From Nanobdellota archaeon (GTDB taxonomy: Archaea; Nanobdellota; Nanobdellia; Pacearchaeales; GW2011-AR1), in the NCBI GenBank assembly GCA_038043645.1, contig JBBTBN010000025.1, positions 1 to 29,052 on the forward strand: DNA of 29,052 nt. Reading direction: 5' to 3'. Positions within the stretch are counted from its first letter, which is position 1, and each line of letters starts with the position of its first letter. Shown here piece by piece: positions 6,029-15,195 of the stretch. The notes under the pieces were generated by a model. It worked only from the letters and a program-made list of their open reading frames with translations, ran no database searches and was not told the origin of the DNA. Made by a program: the position numbers and the translations under genes.

Positions 6029-8455
6029 ATGGGTTTTTGGATTAATAATTTTGCAGAATTTGAAAGAAAACAAACGCGGAAAAACCGCTTAATTTTAAAT
6101 TTTTCATATATTTCTAATTCTTCAAAACAAAAAAATGTTAAGGTTTTCGTTGAGCAAAGTGTAAAAGTTCCAACAAAATTTATTAATCAAAATACTAGCA
6201 AAGAAATTCTTAGTTCTTTTGCAGGAAAAAATAATTTTGAAGATTTAACTATTCACAAAAAGTCAAGAGGAAAATTTGATGTCTTAAGCATAGAGGTTCC
6301 AAATGATAGAGATCTTTTAAACAAACTTTCTAATTATTTTCAGATAGGAAATTATGACAAATTGTTAAGATTTGGAGGATTTTATCCAGAAAGAAAAGTT
6401 ATTCTTAATAGTAAACTTGAAAAATTGTTTAAGGAAAATAAAGAATTGGAATTAAAAAATTTATCTGGAATAAATTTTGGAGAGATTTTGTCTGAAAAAG
6501 AACTTAACACTCTTCCTTATGTAATTCTTGATATAGAGAAACCATTATGGAAAAAAGATTTTGAAAAAAGAGAAATTAGATGGAGAGAGAATATATTAAA
6601 AGCTGAAAAAAAATATTTTAAACTTCCTGAAATAGAACAAGAAAAGCAAAAACCGATTCACGAAAAGAGGAAGAGAATTATAAAAAATTTAGAAGAGAAA
6701 TTAACTATTGAAGTTGAAGAAGTTGGAAAAGTTAAGTTGTATGATGAAAATTTTAGTTCTGAAGTTTCTTATGTTGGGACAATCTGGGGAAAAGGAAAAA
6801 AGAAGAAAAAGGAAATGTATGTTATTGATTCAAATGACGAAATTGTTCGCAAGAGATATAATGGATTTAAAATTCTTAAATTTAAAAGTGAAAAAGAATT
6901 AATTTTAGGATTTTTAGATTCTTTGCACAAGAGAAAACCAATTATTTCTTATGGCCATAATCAGGTTTATGATATAACTCAATTAAGATTTGCAGCAGAA
7001 GAAAATAAACTTATTTATGATCCTGCTGTTAAAGAAATTAAACCTCGACGGGATTTTGTAAGAAGTTTCTTGCAGAGACTTAGAGAAGATATGGTTTATC
7101 TCGATACTTTATGGCTTTCAAAAATTTTTTATCCGTATTTAAATCAAAAGAGATTTGATACCAGCCACAAATTAGCAGATGTTGCGCAATTTTTAGGAAT
7201 AGATTTCTCTAAATCACAAACTCATGAAGAATTAAGATTTACTGAACTTAAGAGATTAGTCGGAGAGACAAAAGAAATTAGAAAAAAAGCTATTGATGAA
7301 ATGTTATTTTATTCTTGCGGGGATTTAGATGTAACGCAAGAAATAGTGAAGAGAATTAATTTTCTGCCTTTAGTTTCAAAAATAAAAAATGTTTTGCCTT
7401 TTTCTACTTTGAGCGAGATTGCTTTTTCAACGAATTGCATGAATAAATTGCATGAGTTTAATTATTTTAAAAAAAATGGAAATCTTCCTTATTATGGATA
7501 TGCGTCAAAAGAAAGGCAGGATAAACTGCAAATCTTTAAAAAAAGATTTACCAGCAAGAAAAAAGAATTGTTAAATTGGGCTGGATTTAAAAAAGCAAAT
7601 TTTGGAGAATATGAAAATGTTAAGGAATTTTATTTGCCGTTAGAAGATTGGACTAAGGACATTGCATTTAAAATAAATCCCGAATTAGAAACAATAGATA
7701 ATGAAACTAAAAATAATAAGTCAGAGCATTTTGCTTTTTTACAATATCTTAAATCTTATATGAAAGAGGTTTTTGCAGATTATTCTTTTGTCAGAAGAGA
7801 TGAAAAAATTTATCAATTTACTAAAAATTTTCTTAGAATTGATAACAATCTTCTTAATGAAAATTTTAATAAAATTAAAAATAGTTTTGGTGAAGAAAAG
7901 CTGAATAAAATTATTGGTTCATTTAGATATTTAAAAAATCATTTTAGGAGCATTTATGTTTCTTTAGAAAGCAAAGACAGGAAAATAATACGGCCTATGA
8001 TTACTCAGGGCAATCTTTTTGAATCATATTATCCAAAAATAATGGAAAATGATGCCGATCTTTTTCTTTTAAGAAATAATTCAGAAATAATTAGAAAAAA
8101 TTTATCTCCTGCGAATGTTAAAAATCTTGATTCTTTTTTAGAAAATTTTGAAACTTTTGAAGGATATTTAAATTCAAGTGTGAATGATCTTTCTAATGCA
8201 AAGGACTTAATTTATTCATATATTTATTTAGATAAATTTTCTTCAGGCAAAAAAAAGTTTTTTAATATTTATGGGGTTGCTGTTAATGAGATAAGTGATA
8301 AAATTACAGGAGGATACAAGAATTTGTTTGAAGAGATGAAACAAAAAAATTTAAATTTTCTTGACCATGTTGGAGATTATATTTTTGTTCAAGGAGATGG
8401 AGATTTAAATTCTGCTATAAAAATAAGAGATTTGGAAAAGTTTGTTGTTTCGTGA
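6029..8455 (+). CDS. PolB-like protein with DEDDy 3'-5' exonuclease domain and degenerate polymerase domain
   Basis: ExoI LDIEK, ExoII GHNQVYD preceded by SEKELILGF, LDTL, HKLADVA..LG, ExoIII YSCGD; no DxxSLYPS or YGDTDS, only HVGDYIFV near the C-terminus. Confidence 0.65.
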   Translation: MGFWINNFAEFERKQTRKNRLILNFSYISNSSKQKNVKVFVEQSVKVPTKFINQNTSKEILSSFAGKNNFEDLTIHKKSRGKFDVLSIEVPNDRDLLNKLSNYFQIGNYDKLLRFGGFYPERKVILNSKLEKLFKENKELELKNLSGINFGEILSEKELNTLPYVILDIEKPLWKKDFEKREIRWRENILKAEKKYFKLPEIEQEKQKPIHEKRKRIIKNLEEKLTIEVEEVGKVKLYDENFSSEVSYVGTIWGKGKKKKKEMYVIDSNDEIVRKRYNGFKILKFKSEKELILGFLDSLHKRKPIISYGHNQVYDITQLRFAAEENKLIYDPAVKEIKPRRDFVRSFLQRLREDMVYLDTLWLSKIFYPYLNQKRFDTSHKLADVAQFLGIDFSKSQTHEELRFTELKRLVGETKEIRKKAIDEMLFYSCGDLDVTQEIVKRINFLPLVSKIKNVLPFSTLSEIAFSTNCMNKLHEFNYFKKNGNLPYYGYASKERQDKLQIFKKRFTSKKKELLNWAGFKKANFGEYENVKEFYLPLEDWTKDIAFKINPELETIDNETKNNKSEHFAFLQYLKSYMKEVFADYSFVRRDEKIYQFTKNFLRIDNNLLNENFNKIKNSFGEEKLNKIIGSFRYLKNHFRSIYVSLESKDRKIIRPMITQGNLFESYYPKIMENDADLFLLRNNSEIIRKNLSPANVKNLDSFLENFETFEGYLNSSVNDLSNAKDLIYSYIYLDKFSSGKKKFFNIYGVAVNEISDKITGGYKNLFEEMKQKNLNFLDHVGDYIFVQGDGDLNSAIKIRDLEKFVVS

Positions 8456-8469
8456 TTTTTGTTTTACTA

Positions 8470-8853
8470 TTAATTTATTTCTTTAAAATATCGAGCGTCA
8501 TACCATTCGTTCATAAACGGATAGAAAGAATTATTCCAAGGAATATTAGAGGATCTTTTTTTTAATGTTTTTGCTTTTTCTTTTGTGATAAAAGAGATAA
8601 GGGTATTTTTTTCTTTATCTTTTTTTATTCTTTTTACTATAGTTTTTGGAAGATTTTTTCCCATTAAAGTATAAATCATAGAAGTTTCCATTGAGAAAAG
8701 GTTTGCATCAGTTATTTCTTTTAATTTCATTCCTTTTTTGGGAATAAAATCATTTTCATTTATTCTTTTAAAAATCTCTTTATTTATTTCGTCTCTTTCT
8801 TTTATCCTTTCTTGAAAAGGTTGGTATCCCATCTCAGCTGCATAATGTCCCAT
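8470..8853 (-). CDS. Hypothetical protein
   Basis: 127-aa ORF downstream of infB on the same strand; no motif recognised. Confidence 0.6.
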   Translation of the reverse strand: MGHYAAEMGYQPFQERIKERDEINKEIFKRINENDFIPKKGMKLKEITDANLFSMETSMIYTLMGKNLPKTIVKRIKKDKEKNTLISFITKEKAKTLKKRSSNIPWNNSFYPFMNEWYDARYFKEIN

Positions 8854-8914
8854 GTTAAATTTTATGATTAAAAAGTATTTAAAGATTATGGATATATATT
8901 CTCTATTTCAAAAA

Positions 8915-10732
8915 TCATTTTCCCCAATCTTCCTTTCCTTTCCTTTTTATCTCAGCAATTTCCTGAAGAGCTTTCATTTCACTAGAAGAAAGCAAGTCTT
9001 TATTTTTTTTAAAATTTCTAAAATGTTGTTCTGAAATATCGCTGTAAAGATAATTTTTGTCTTTTAAAACTCTCTCAAAATTTACTCCTGGAATTGAAAC
9101 CGCAATCTCCATTCCTTCTGTCGCCTCTTCTATTGATTTTTTTTCTGATTGAATATTTTTTATTCTTCCGATTTTTTCTCCTTTTTCATCAATTAAATTT
9201 AAACTTTTTTTTATTTTTCCAGCTTCAACTCTTATTCCAAAAATTGCAGGATTTAAATTTCTAAAAACAAACTGATGAATAATTTTTATTTTAAATAAAG
9301 AAGCAAGTTCCATTAAACGCGTTTTTTCAATTTCTCTTGCTTTTTGTTTTCTGAATTCAACAGCGTCTTCAATTAATTTGTAAATAACATCATTTGTCAA
9401 GACTTTTATTTTTTCTCCCGTGAGCAAGATACTAGCTTCTTCGTCAAGAGAAACATTAAATCCTATTATTATCGCGTTAAGTTCATTAATTTCTAAATTT
9501 GCTTTTGCAGAAATTATATCCGTTTTGGTTATGTTTCCAATTCCTGCTTTTAAAATAGAAATGTTGTTTTGTTTTAATAAAAATAATAATGCTTCTAAAC
9601 TTCCAAGAGAATCTGCTTTTGCAATTATTCCTTGTTTTTCAAGCGATGAATTTATAGATTCAGAAATTTGTTTCTTAAATTTTTCTTTTAATTCCTGCAA
9701 ATTATCTTTGTAAATTTCAAAAGGCATTCCTGAAAAAATTTCATCCTTTTCTCCGACAATTAATTGCATTCTTAAGCCAGTTGATGCCTGAACTATTTCT
9801 TTTGGTTTGAATTTTGCGCTTAAAGGTTCAATTTCTTCCAACACTCTAATCTTTGCAATCAGAGGTTTTCCGTCGATATTTGATAACGCAATTTGATCTG
9901 ATTTTTTAAGCTGTCCGTCATAAAGAATTGCTTCAGCATAATTTCCGGATCTTTCTTTTTTAATTTCAAGAACCACTCCTTTTGCATCTTCTCCTAATTT
10001 TAATTTATCCACAAGATATTTCTGGCTTAAACCGCAGAGCATCATTATTAATTCTGGAATTCCCTGTTGTGTTCTTGCAGAGCATGGAACTAATGCAATT
10101 CTTTTTGTAAAATCTGTTATGTTATAATATAAATCTGAATCAAATCCGTATGAATTTAAAGAACCGATTATGGTCATATATCTCTCGTTGAAAGTATTTT
10201 GAATATTCATTGCTTGAGATTCTATATTTTCTTTTAATCCGATTTTCAAATTTACGCTACTCTCGCCCTCACTCGGATTTTCCAAATTTGACTTCGTGAT
10301 TTCATCTCGTGAAGGCGTTCGCCACCCACTAATATTATCTATTTTGTTTAGCGCAATTAAAAAAGGAGTTTTATTGTGTTTTAAAATTTGAATTACTTCT
10401 GCTGTTTGGGGTTTTATTCCTTCATTTATATCTATTACTAAAACTGCTAAGTCAGCCAAGCTTCCTCCGCGTTTTCTTAAATTTGTAAATGCGGCGTGTC
10501 CTGGAGTGTCAATAAATAAAAAACCCGGAATGTCTAATTTAATTCCCGAGCTTTCAATTAAGGGGCAGGTTTTTTTAAGCTGTTCTGCAGGATAACTTGT
10601 GAAAGAAATTTTTTGAGTTATTCCCCCTTTTTCAGTTTCTTGAATGGATGTGTTTCTAAGCACGTCGAGGATTGAAGTTTTTCCGTGGTCTACATGACCG
10701 CAGACTGTTACAATTGGTTGGCGGATTGTCAT
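8915..10732 (-). CDS. infB: Translation initiation factor IF-2 / aIF5B
   Basis: RQPIVTVCGHVDHGKT, GGITQ, DTPGH.AF.NLRKRGG, NKID, DSLGSLEAL; carries a ~22-aa insertion after ISGWR. Confidence 0.97.
   Translation of the reverse strand: MTIRQPIVTVCGHVDHGKTSILDVLRNTSIQETEKGGITQKISFTSYPAEQLKKTCPLIESSGIKLDIPGFLFIDTPGHAAFTNLRKRGGSLADLAVLVIDINEGIKPQTAEVIQILKHNKTPFLIALNKIDNISGWRTPSRDEITKSNLENPSEGESSVNLKIGLKENIESQAMNIQNTFNERYMTIIGSLNSYGFDSDLYYNITDFTKRIALVPCSARTQQGIPELIMMLCGLSQKYLVDKLKLGEDAKGVVLEIKKERSGNYAEAILYDGQLKKSDQIALSNIDGKPLIAKIRVLEEIEPLSAKFKPKEIVQASTGLRMQLIVGEKDEIFSGMPFEIYKDNLQELKEKFKKQISESINSSLEKQGIIAKADSLGSLEALLFLLKQNNISILKAGIGNITKTDIISAKANLEINELNAIIIGFNVSLDEEASILLTGEKIKVLTNDVIYKLIEDAVEFRKQKAREIEKTRLMELASLFKIKIIHQFVFRNLNPAIFGIRVEAGKIKKSLNLIDEKGEKIGRIKNIQSEKKSIEEATEGMEIAVSIPGVNFERVLKDKNYLYSDISEQHFRNFKKNKDLLSSSEMKALQEIAEIKRKGKEDWGK
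10258..10321. repeat. Palindromic dispersed repeat, copy A (in frame inside infB)
   Basis: 50/64 nt identical without gaps to 23304-23367; imperfect hairpin CTTCG-T-GAT-TTC-ATC-T-CG-TG-AAG. Confidence 0.8.
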
Positions 10733-10840
10733 GATAAATAAGAATGACAGAGGATTAAAAGGTTTTCTAAAAAGATATAATTTGTTGAAATAAGAATTAT
10801 TAAAAAATAACTTTTTATACTTGTTTTTCTTGGATTTTTT

Positions 10841-13591
10841 ATGGCGAATTTATCTGAGAGAGAAACGCGAGAAAAGATTATTGATCCTGTTTTAGAAAGA
10901 GTCGGATGGAAAATCAAAGGGAGTTATGTTAAAGAAGAATTAAATCCTGTAAAATCTAATTTTAACACAAAAGAATATGTCAGTCGTGAAGCAGGAATTG
11001 AAAGAGGAGTAGATCGTTTTATAGATTACTTGCTTTTAGATGAAAATAGAAGCCCCATTGCAATAATTGAATCAAAAAAAACTTCAGTTAGTGTTGAAAA
11101 AGGAGAAATTCAAGCAAGAACTTATAGAGATGATATTGAAAAACAAATTAAAATAAAAATTCCTATTTTTTTAACAAATGGGGATAAATGGTATTATGTT
11201 GATGATTTAGATAGAAGAAGACAAGTAAAACTTCCTTTTTCTCAAAAAGATTTGCATAGAATTGTTAGCCTTATGCAGAAAAGAAAAGATCTTACTACAA
11301 TTAAAATTAATTCAAGAATAGTAGATAGAAAGAGAGGTATTGAAGCAGTAAAAGGAGTATTAGAACATTTTTCTAAGGGACACAGAGAAGCATTAATAAA
11401 TATGGCTACTGGAACCGGTAAAACAAGAGTTGCAATGGCAATTATTGAAGCGCTTAGAAAAGCAGATTATGTTCAGAAAGTATTATTTGTAACTGACAGA
11501 ATTTCTTTAGGAAATCAAGCTAAAGAAAATGGTTTCAAAGAATTTTTCCCAGATGATCCTGTCTGTGAATTAAATGAAGAAGGTTATTCAGATACAGCAA
11601 GACTTTATGTTTCAACTATTCAAACTTTAATGTCTCCACAAAAACCAAGAGGAAAATTCTACGAAAAATTTGGGACAGGAGCTTTTGATTTAATTATTTT
11701 TGATGAAGCTCACAGATCTTATTATGATAAAAATAATGATATCTTCAAATATTTTGATGCACTTAAAATAGGGTTGACTGCTACACCTTCAACAATTCCA
11801 CAAAAGGATACTTTTGAACTTTTTAATTGCGAGGGAAACAAACCAACAGTTAAATATGATTATGACTCTGCTGTAAATGATGGAGTTTTAGTTCCTTATG
11901 TAGCTGATATTATTGAAACAAAAATTTTATCGTTAGGAATTGAAGGAAAGAAATTAAGTAAAGAATTGCAACAAGCATTAAAATTACAGGAAGAAGATTC
12001 AGAATTATTTCAGACGCCAGGTTCTAAATTTGAAAGATTTTTTACTGATGAAAAAACAAACGAATTGATTATAAGAGAATTTATTGAAAGATGTTACAAA
12101 TCTGATGACAAGAGACCTTGCAAAAGTATATTTTTTTGCGCAAGTGTAAAACATGCAGAAGCATTAGAATTATTATTTCAGAAACTTTATCCACTCTTAG
12201 CTAAGGATGTAAAAGTAATTACTTCAGATAAATCTCGTTATATGGATGAAGTTAAGAGATTTATAAAAAGAGATAGTCCAAGAATTGCTTTATCTGTTGG
12301 TGTTTTAGATACAGGGATAGATGTTCCAGAGATTATGAATTTAGTTTTTGTTAAACCAGTTATTTCATCAATAAGATTTTGGCAAATGCTTGGAAGAGGA
12401 ACAAGAAGTATTTCTGCTTGTAGATATAAAGAATGGCTTCCACCAAATCAAGATGGGCAACATATAAAAGAAAATTTTTTAATATTAGATTTCAAATTTG
12501 GAGAATGGTCAAATGTTCAACAACATAAATTAGATATGTCTAAACAAAAATCTTCTGGAACAGATGCAAAAACAAGAATATTTTTAGAACAAGTAGATAC
12601 TTTAGAGAAAAAATTAAACGAAAAAGAAAAAAAAATTATTGAAAAACAAATTATAAATACAATTAAAGAAATTGATCTTGAATCTCCATTAGTTCTTGAA
12701 AAAAAAGAAATTATAAAAAAAATTGTTTCTTCTAAATTTGACTTAAAAGAACATGTTAGAGAATTAAGAGAAGAAATCGCCCCCCTATTAATTTATACTC
12801 CCTCTCAAAATGCTAAAGTTTACGGATTTATTTCTAAATGTGTTAAATTATTTGATTATATTAAAGAAAATGATAAAGAAAAAATTGGAAATGTAGAAAA
12901 ATTTGTAGTTGAAAGAGTAGAATCAATCTGGGATAAAAATTTAGATGCAATAAAACAAAAGAAAGATGATTTAATAAAAATTCAACAAGAACCATTTTGG
13001 GAAGAAATTACATTTGAAGATGTTGATTTTTTAATTAGAGATATTGCTCCTTTAATGATTTTTTATGAACCTGAGAGGAAAAAAATGTTATATATTCATG
13101 CTCCAGATATTGTTTTGAAAGTAGAAAAAGAAATAATGCAGGTAAAGGAAGATCCAGATTATCAATATTTTGTTAATAGCAACAGATTATTAAAAAAGAT
13201 TAAAGAGGGAGAAGGAGTTACCTCTGAAGAGCTTTTAGAAATTGAAAAAAAATTAAAAGAATTAAAACCTACTTTGACAATAGAAAATATTCAAAAAGAA
13301 GAAGATTTTGTCCTTTTCTTAAGAGGAATATTAGAAATAAAAAATTTGCCTGATCCTCAAGAGATGATTAAGTGGGAGTTTGATAAATATGTAGCAGGTA
13401 AAAATGAACATTATAATTCTGAGCAATTAAAATTTTTAAGATTATTAGAACAAGTTTTTGTTAGAACAAAACATATTGAATTAAAGAATTTTGCAGAACA
13501 TCCTTTAGCAGATGGCAGACCTTTAGATATTTTTACTAAAGAACAGCTTGAAGTAATTGTTCAAAGGTGTAATAAGTTGAAGTGGAAATAA
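10841..13591 (+). CDS. hsdR: Type I restriction endonuclease subunit R
   Basis: N-terminal DYLL...IIESKK nuclease, ATGTGKT, DEAHRS, LTATP, TGIDVP, QMLGRGTR helicase motifs; EcoEI-like C-terminal domain. Confidence 0.93.
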   Translation: MANLSERETREKIIDPVLERVGWKIKGSYVKEELNPVKSNFNTKEYVSREAGIERGVDRFIDYLLLDENRSPIAIIESKKTSVSVEKGEIQARTYRDDIEKQIKIKIPIFLTNGDKWYYVDDLDRRRQVKLPFSQKDLHRIVSLMQKRKDLTTIKINSRIVDRKRGIEAVKGVLEHFSKGHREALINMATGTGKTRVAMAIIEALRKADYVQKVLFVTDRISLGNQAKENGFKEFFPDDPVCELNEEGYSDTARLYVSTIQTLMSPQKPRGKFYEKFGTGAFDLIIFDEAHRSYYDKNNDIFKYFDALKIGLTATPSTIPQKDTFELFNCEGNKPTVKYDYDSAVNDGVLVPYVADIIETKILSLGIEGKKLSKELQQALKLQEEDSELFQTPGSKFERFFTDEKTNELIIREFIERCYKSDDKRPCKSIFFCASVKHAEALELLFQKLYPLLAKDVKVITSDKSRYMDEVKRFIKRDSPRIALSVGVLDTGIDVPEIMNLVFVKPVISSIRFWQMLGRGTRSISACRYKEWLPPNQDGQHIKENFLILDFKFGEWSNVQQHKLDMSKQKSSGTDAKTRIFLEQVDTLEKKLNEKEKKIIEKQIINTIKEIDLESPLVLEKKEIIKKIVSSKFDLKEHVRELREEIAPLLIYTPSQNAKVYGFISKCVKLFDYIKENDKEKIGNVEKFVVERVESIWDKNLDAIKQKKDDLIKIQQEPFWEEITFEDVDFLIRDIAPLMIFYEPERKKMLYIHAPDIVLKVEKEIMQVKEDPDYQYFVNSNRLLKKIKEGEGVTSEELLEIEKKLKELKPTLTIENIQKEEDFVLFLRGILEIKNLPDPQEMIKWEFDKYVAGKNEHYNSEQLKFLRLLEQVFVRTKHIELKNFAEHPLADGRPLDIFTKEQLEVIVQRCNKLKWK

Positions 13592-13592
13592 A

Positions 13593-14111
13593 ATGATAAC
13601 ATTATTTCAATTAGATAAATCTGGAGGAGATATATTTGAGAAGGATTATTCAATTGTTTTAGTCCTTAATCAAAAAGAAGTTTATGGAGTGAATATATCT
13701 CAAAAGATTAAAGATAATTTGAATTATGAATATCAAAAGAATTCATTAAACATCAAAGCAGATTCAGATAAGAAAAAGAAAAATAGATTTAGACTAAGGT
13801 TTCATACGGCTATCCAAATAAAACTTTTGGAAAAGGCAATAAAAGACCTAAGATATCTGGAAGATGTGAATATTCAAATTTGTAATGATTTTGATGGACA
13901 TTTTCATGAAATAAAAGATATGATTTACAAAAATATCTGCTCTTTTATTCCTAGTTTGAAATTAGAGAATATAGTTTCAACAAAATTTCAAAAGCCGTCT
14001 TTAATTGATGAAGCTGGAAAGACTTTTAGAACTAAAGATAAAATTAAGCTAAAAAGATATATGCAAATAAATTTAAACTCAGAAGAATTAATAAAATTAG
14101 TAAAAAAATAA
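13593..14111 (+). CDS. RNase H-fold / DUF3800-like protein 1 (ncRNA-associated)
   Basis: LDKSGGDIFE, YG, ICND and SLIDE...FR motifs shared with the ORF at 14580; acidic triad D8/D99/D139. Family name is inferred. Confidence 0.6.
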   Translation: MITLFQLDKSGGDIFEKDYSIVLVLNQKEVYGVNISQKIKDNLNYEYQKNSLNIKADSDKKKKNRFRLRFHTAIQIKLLEKAIKDLRYLEDVNIQICNDFDGHFHEIKDMIYKNICSFIPSLKLENIVSTKFQKPSLIDEAGKTFRTKDKIKLKRYMQINLNSEELIKLVKK

Positions 14112-14112
14112 A

Positions 14113-14191
14113 GATAGTAACCAGGGCTCTAAGAGCCGAAGTCCTTTGTTGTCAAGCAGTAAACTGCGAAACGCTAAAGCGCGTTACTATC
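14113..14191 (-). ncRNA. Candidate structured RNA 1 (79 nt, four-way junction), convergent to ORF 13593-14111
   Basis: Perfect 9-bp closing stem GAUAGUAAC/GUUACUAUC; hairpins GCGC-UUUA-GCGU, GCAG-UUUA-CUGC, GGCUC-UUA-GAGCC; minus-strand TTTTTATA starts at 14220, 29 nt upstream. Confidence 0.75.
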
Positions 14192-14211
14192 AAATATAAT
14201 AATAAATTACC

Positions 14212-14227
14212 ATATAAAAAACTTTGC
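14212..14227 (-). promoter_or_regulatory. BRE-TATA promoter for RNA 1
   Basis: Minus strand GCAAAG-TTTTTTATAT; points toward the closing stem, not toward any ORF. Confidence 0.65.
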
Positions 14228-14316
14228 ATAAAGTTCATAATCTATACAAAAAGTGACAAAAATTCAGTAGACCGATTTAAGCAAACATTTAAATAATTTA
14301 AGTTTCTAATTTTTAT

Positions 14317-14583
14317 ATGGAAAATAAAAAAAATCCATTAAGAGGACAAGAGAGAAGAGTAATTTCTACTAAATTATATCGTTTAGAATTTGTTAATTTT
14401 GTAAAATTGTGTCAAACAGAGAAAAAAAGTGTCCATGCAAAATTAAGAGAAATGATTAGAGAAGAAATAAAAAAAAAGTTTGGTGAGATTTTGGGGGGGG
14501 AGAAAGAAACTCTTTGGGAAAATAAAACTAAAGTAAATGGGGTTTGGGTTGATGATAAAGATTTGAAGGGAGAAGGGGGATGA
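14317..14583 (+). CDS. Ribbon-helix-helix-like DNA-binding protein
   Basis: Beta strand RVISTKL followed by two helices (FVKLCQTEKKSVHAKLREMIREEI); TTTAAATA 29 nt upstream; ATGA overlap with the next ORF. Confidence 0.55.
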   Translation: MENKKNPLRGQERRVISTKLYRLEFVNFVKLCQTEKKSVHAKLREMIREEIKKKFGEILGGEKETLWENKTKVNGVWVDDKDLKGEGG

Positions 14584-15083
14584 AAAAAGATAATTTTCAT
14601 GTAGATATGAGCGGGAGAATTTATGAAGAAAGAACAATTGGTGTTGCTTTAGTTGCGACAGAAAACAAGATCCATTATGGATGCGCTTTAAAGGGAAATC
14701 TTGTTAAGCTTATTAAAAAGAATTTATTTAAGAAAAATATTTATGAAGATTCTGCAAAACTTTATGCGATATGCATTTTTTTATTAGTAAAAAATGTTAG
14801 AAGAGAAATTAAAACATTAATTATCTGCAATGATGAAGATTTTGAAATTGTAAAGATAGTTCTGAATAAACTACTAAGACCTGTTGATTTTGAGATAATT
14901 AATATAACTGAGTTTAGGAAATTGTTTGGAAAAAATATAAATTCACTTGCCCATAATTATGCAAATATTTATAGAAAAAAAGCATTAAAACCAAATAGAT
15001 GGGCAAAAGGAAAAGAACTTAATATCATTTCTGTAAAATATAATTTAATTAAACAAGTATGGGAGGAATTAGAAAAAAAATAA
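14580..15083 (+). CDS. RNase H-fold / DUF3800-like protein 2 (ncRNA-associated)
   Basis: VDMSGRIYE, YG, ICND and SLAHN...YR motifs; D9/D85/H125; homologous to ORF 13593. Confidence 0.6.
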   Translation: MKKDNFHVDMSGRIYEERTIGVALVATENKIHYGCALKGNLVKLIKKNLFKKNIYEDSAKLYAICIFLLVKNVRREIKTLIICNDEDFEIVKIVLNKLLRPVDFEIINITEFRKLFGKNINSLAHNYANIYRKKALKPNRWAKGKELNIISVKYNLIKQVWEELEKK

Positions 15084-15085
15084 AA

Positions 15086-15174
15086 GTAAGCGATTAGCGA
15101 TCTTCCCAACCAATCACAGCATAAAGCTTGGTCAGCTTGAATAATCAAGCATTTTACGGAATCGGTTCGCTTAC
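15086..15174 (-). ncRNA. Candidate structured RNA 2 (89 nt), convergent to ORF 14580-15083
   Basis: Perfect 8-bp closing stem GUAAGCGA/UCGCUUAC extended by CGAU/AUCG and UCC/GGA; hairpins GCUUGA-UUAU-UCAAGC and ACCAA-GC-UUUAU-GC-(UGUGA)-UUGGU; TTTATATA starts at 15203 (minus), 29 nt upstream. Confidence 0.75.
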
Positions 15175-15195
15175 AATAAATACACAATATGATAA

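Noticed and set aside
10255-10325. Intein or intron in aIF5B
   Set aside because: Only ~22 aa, no Cys/Ser start or His-Asn end, and no bulge-helix-bulge seen; better explained by the dispersed repeat.
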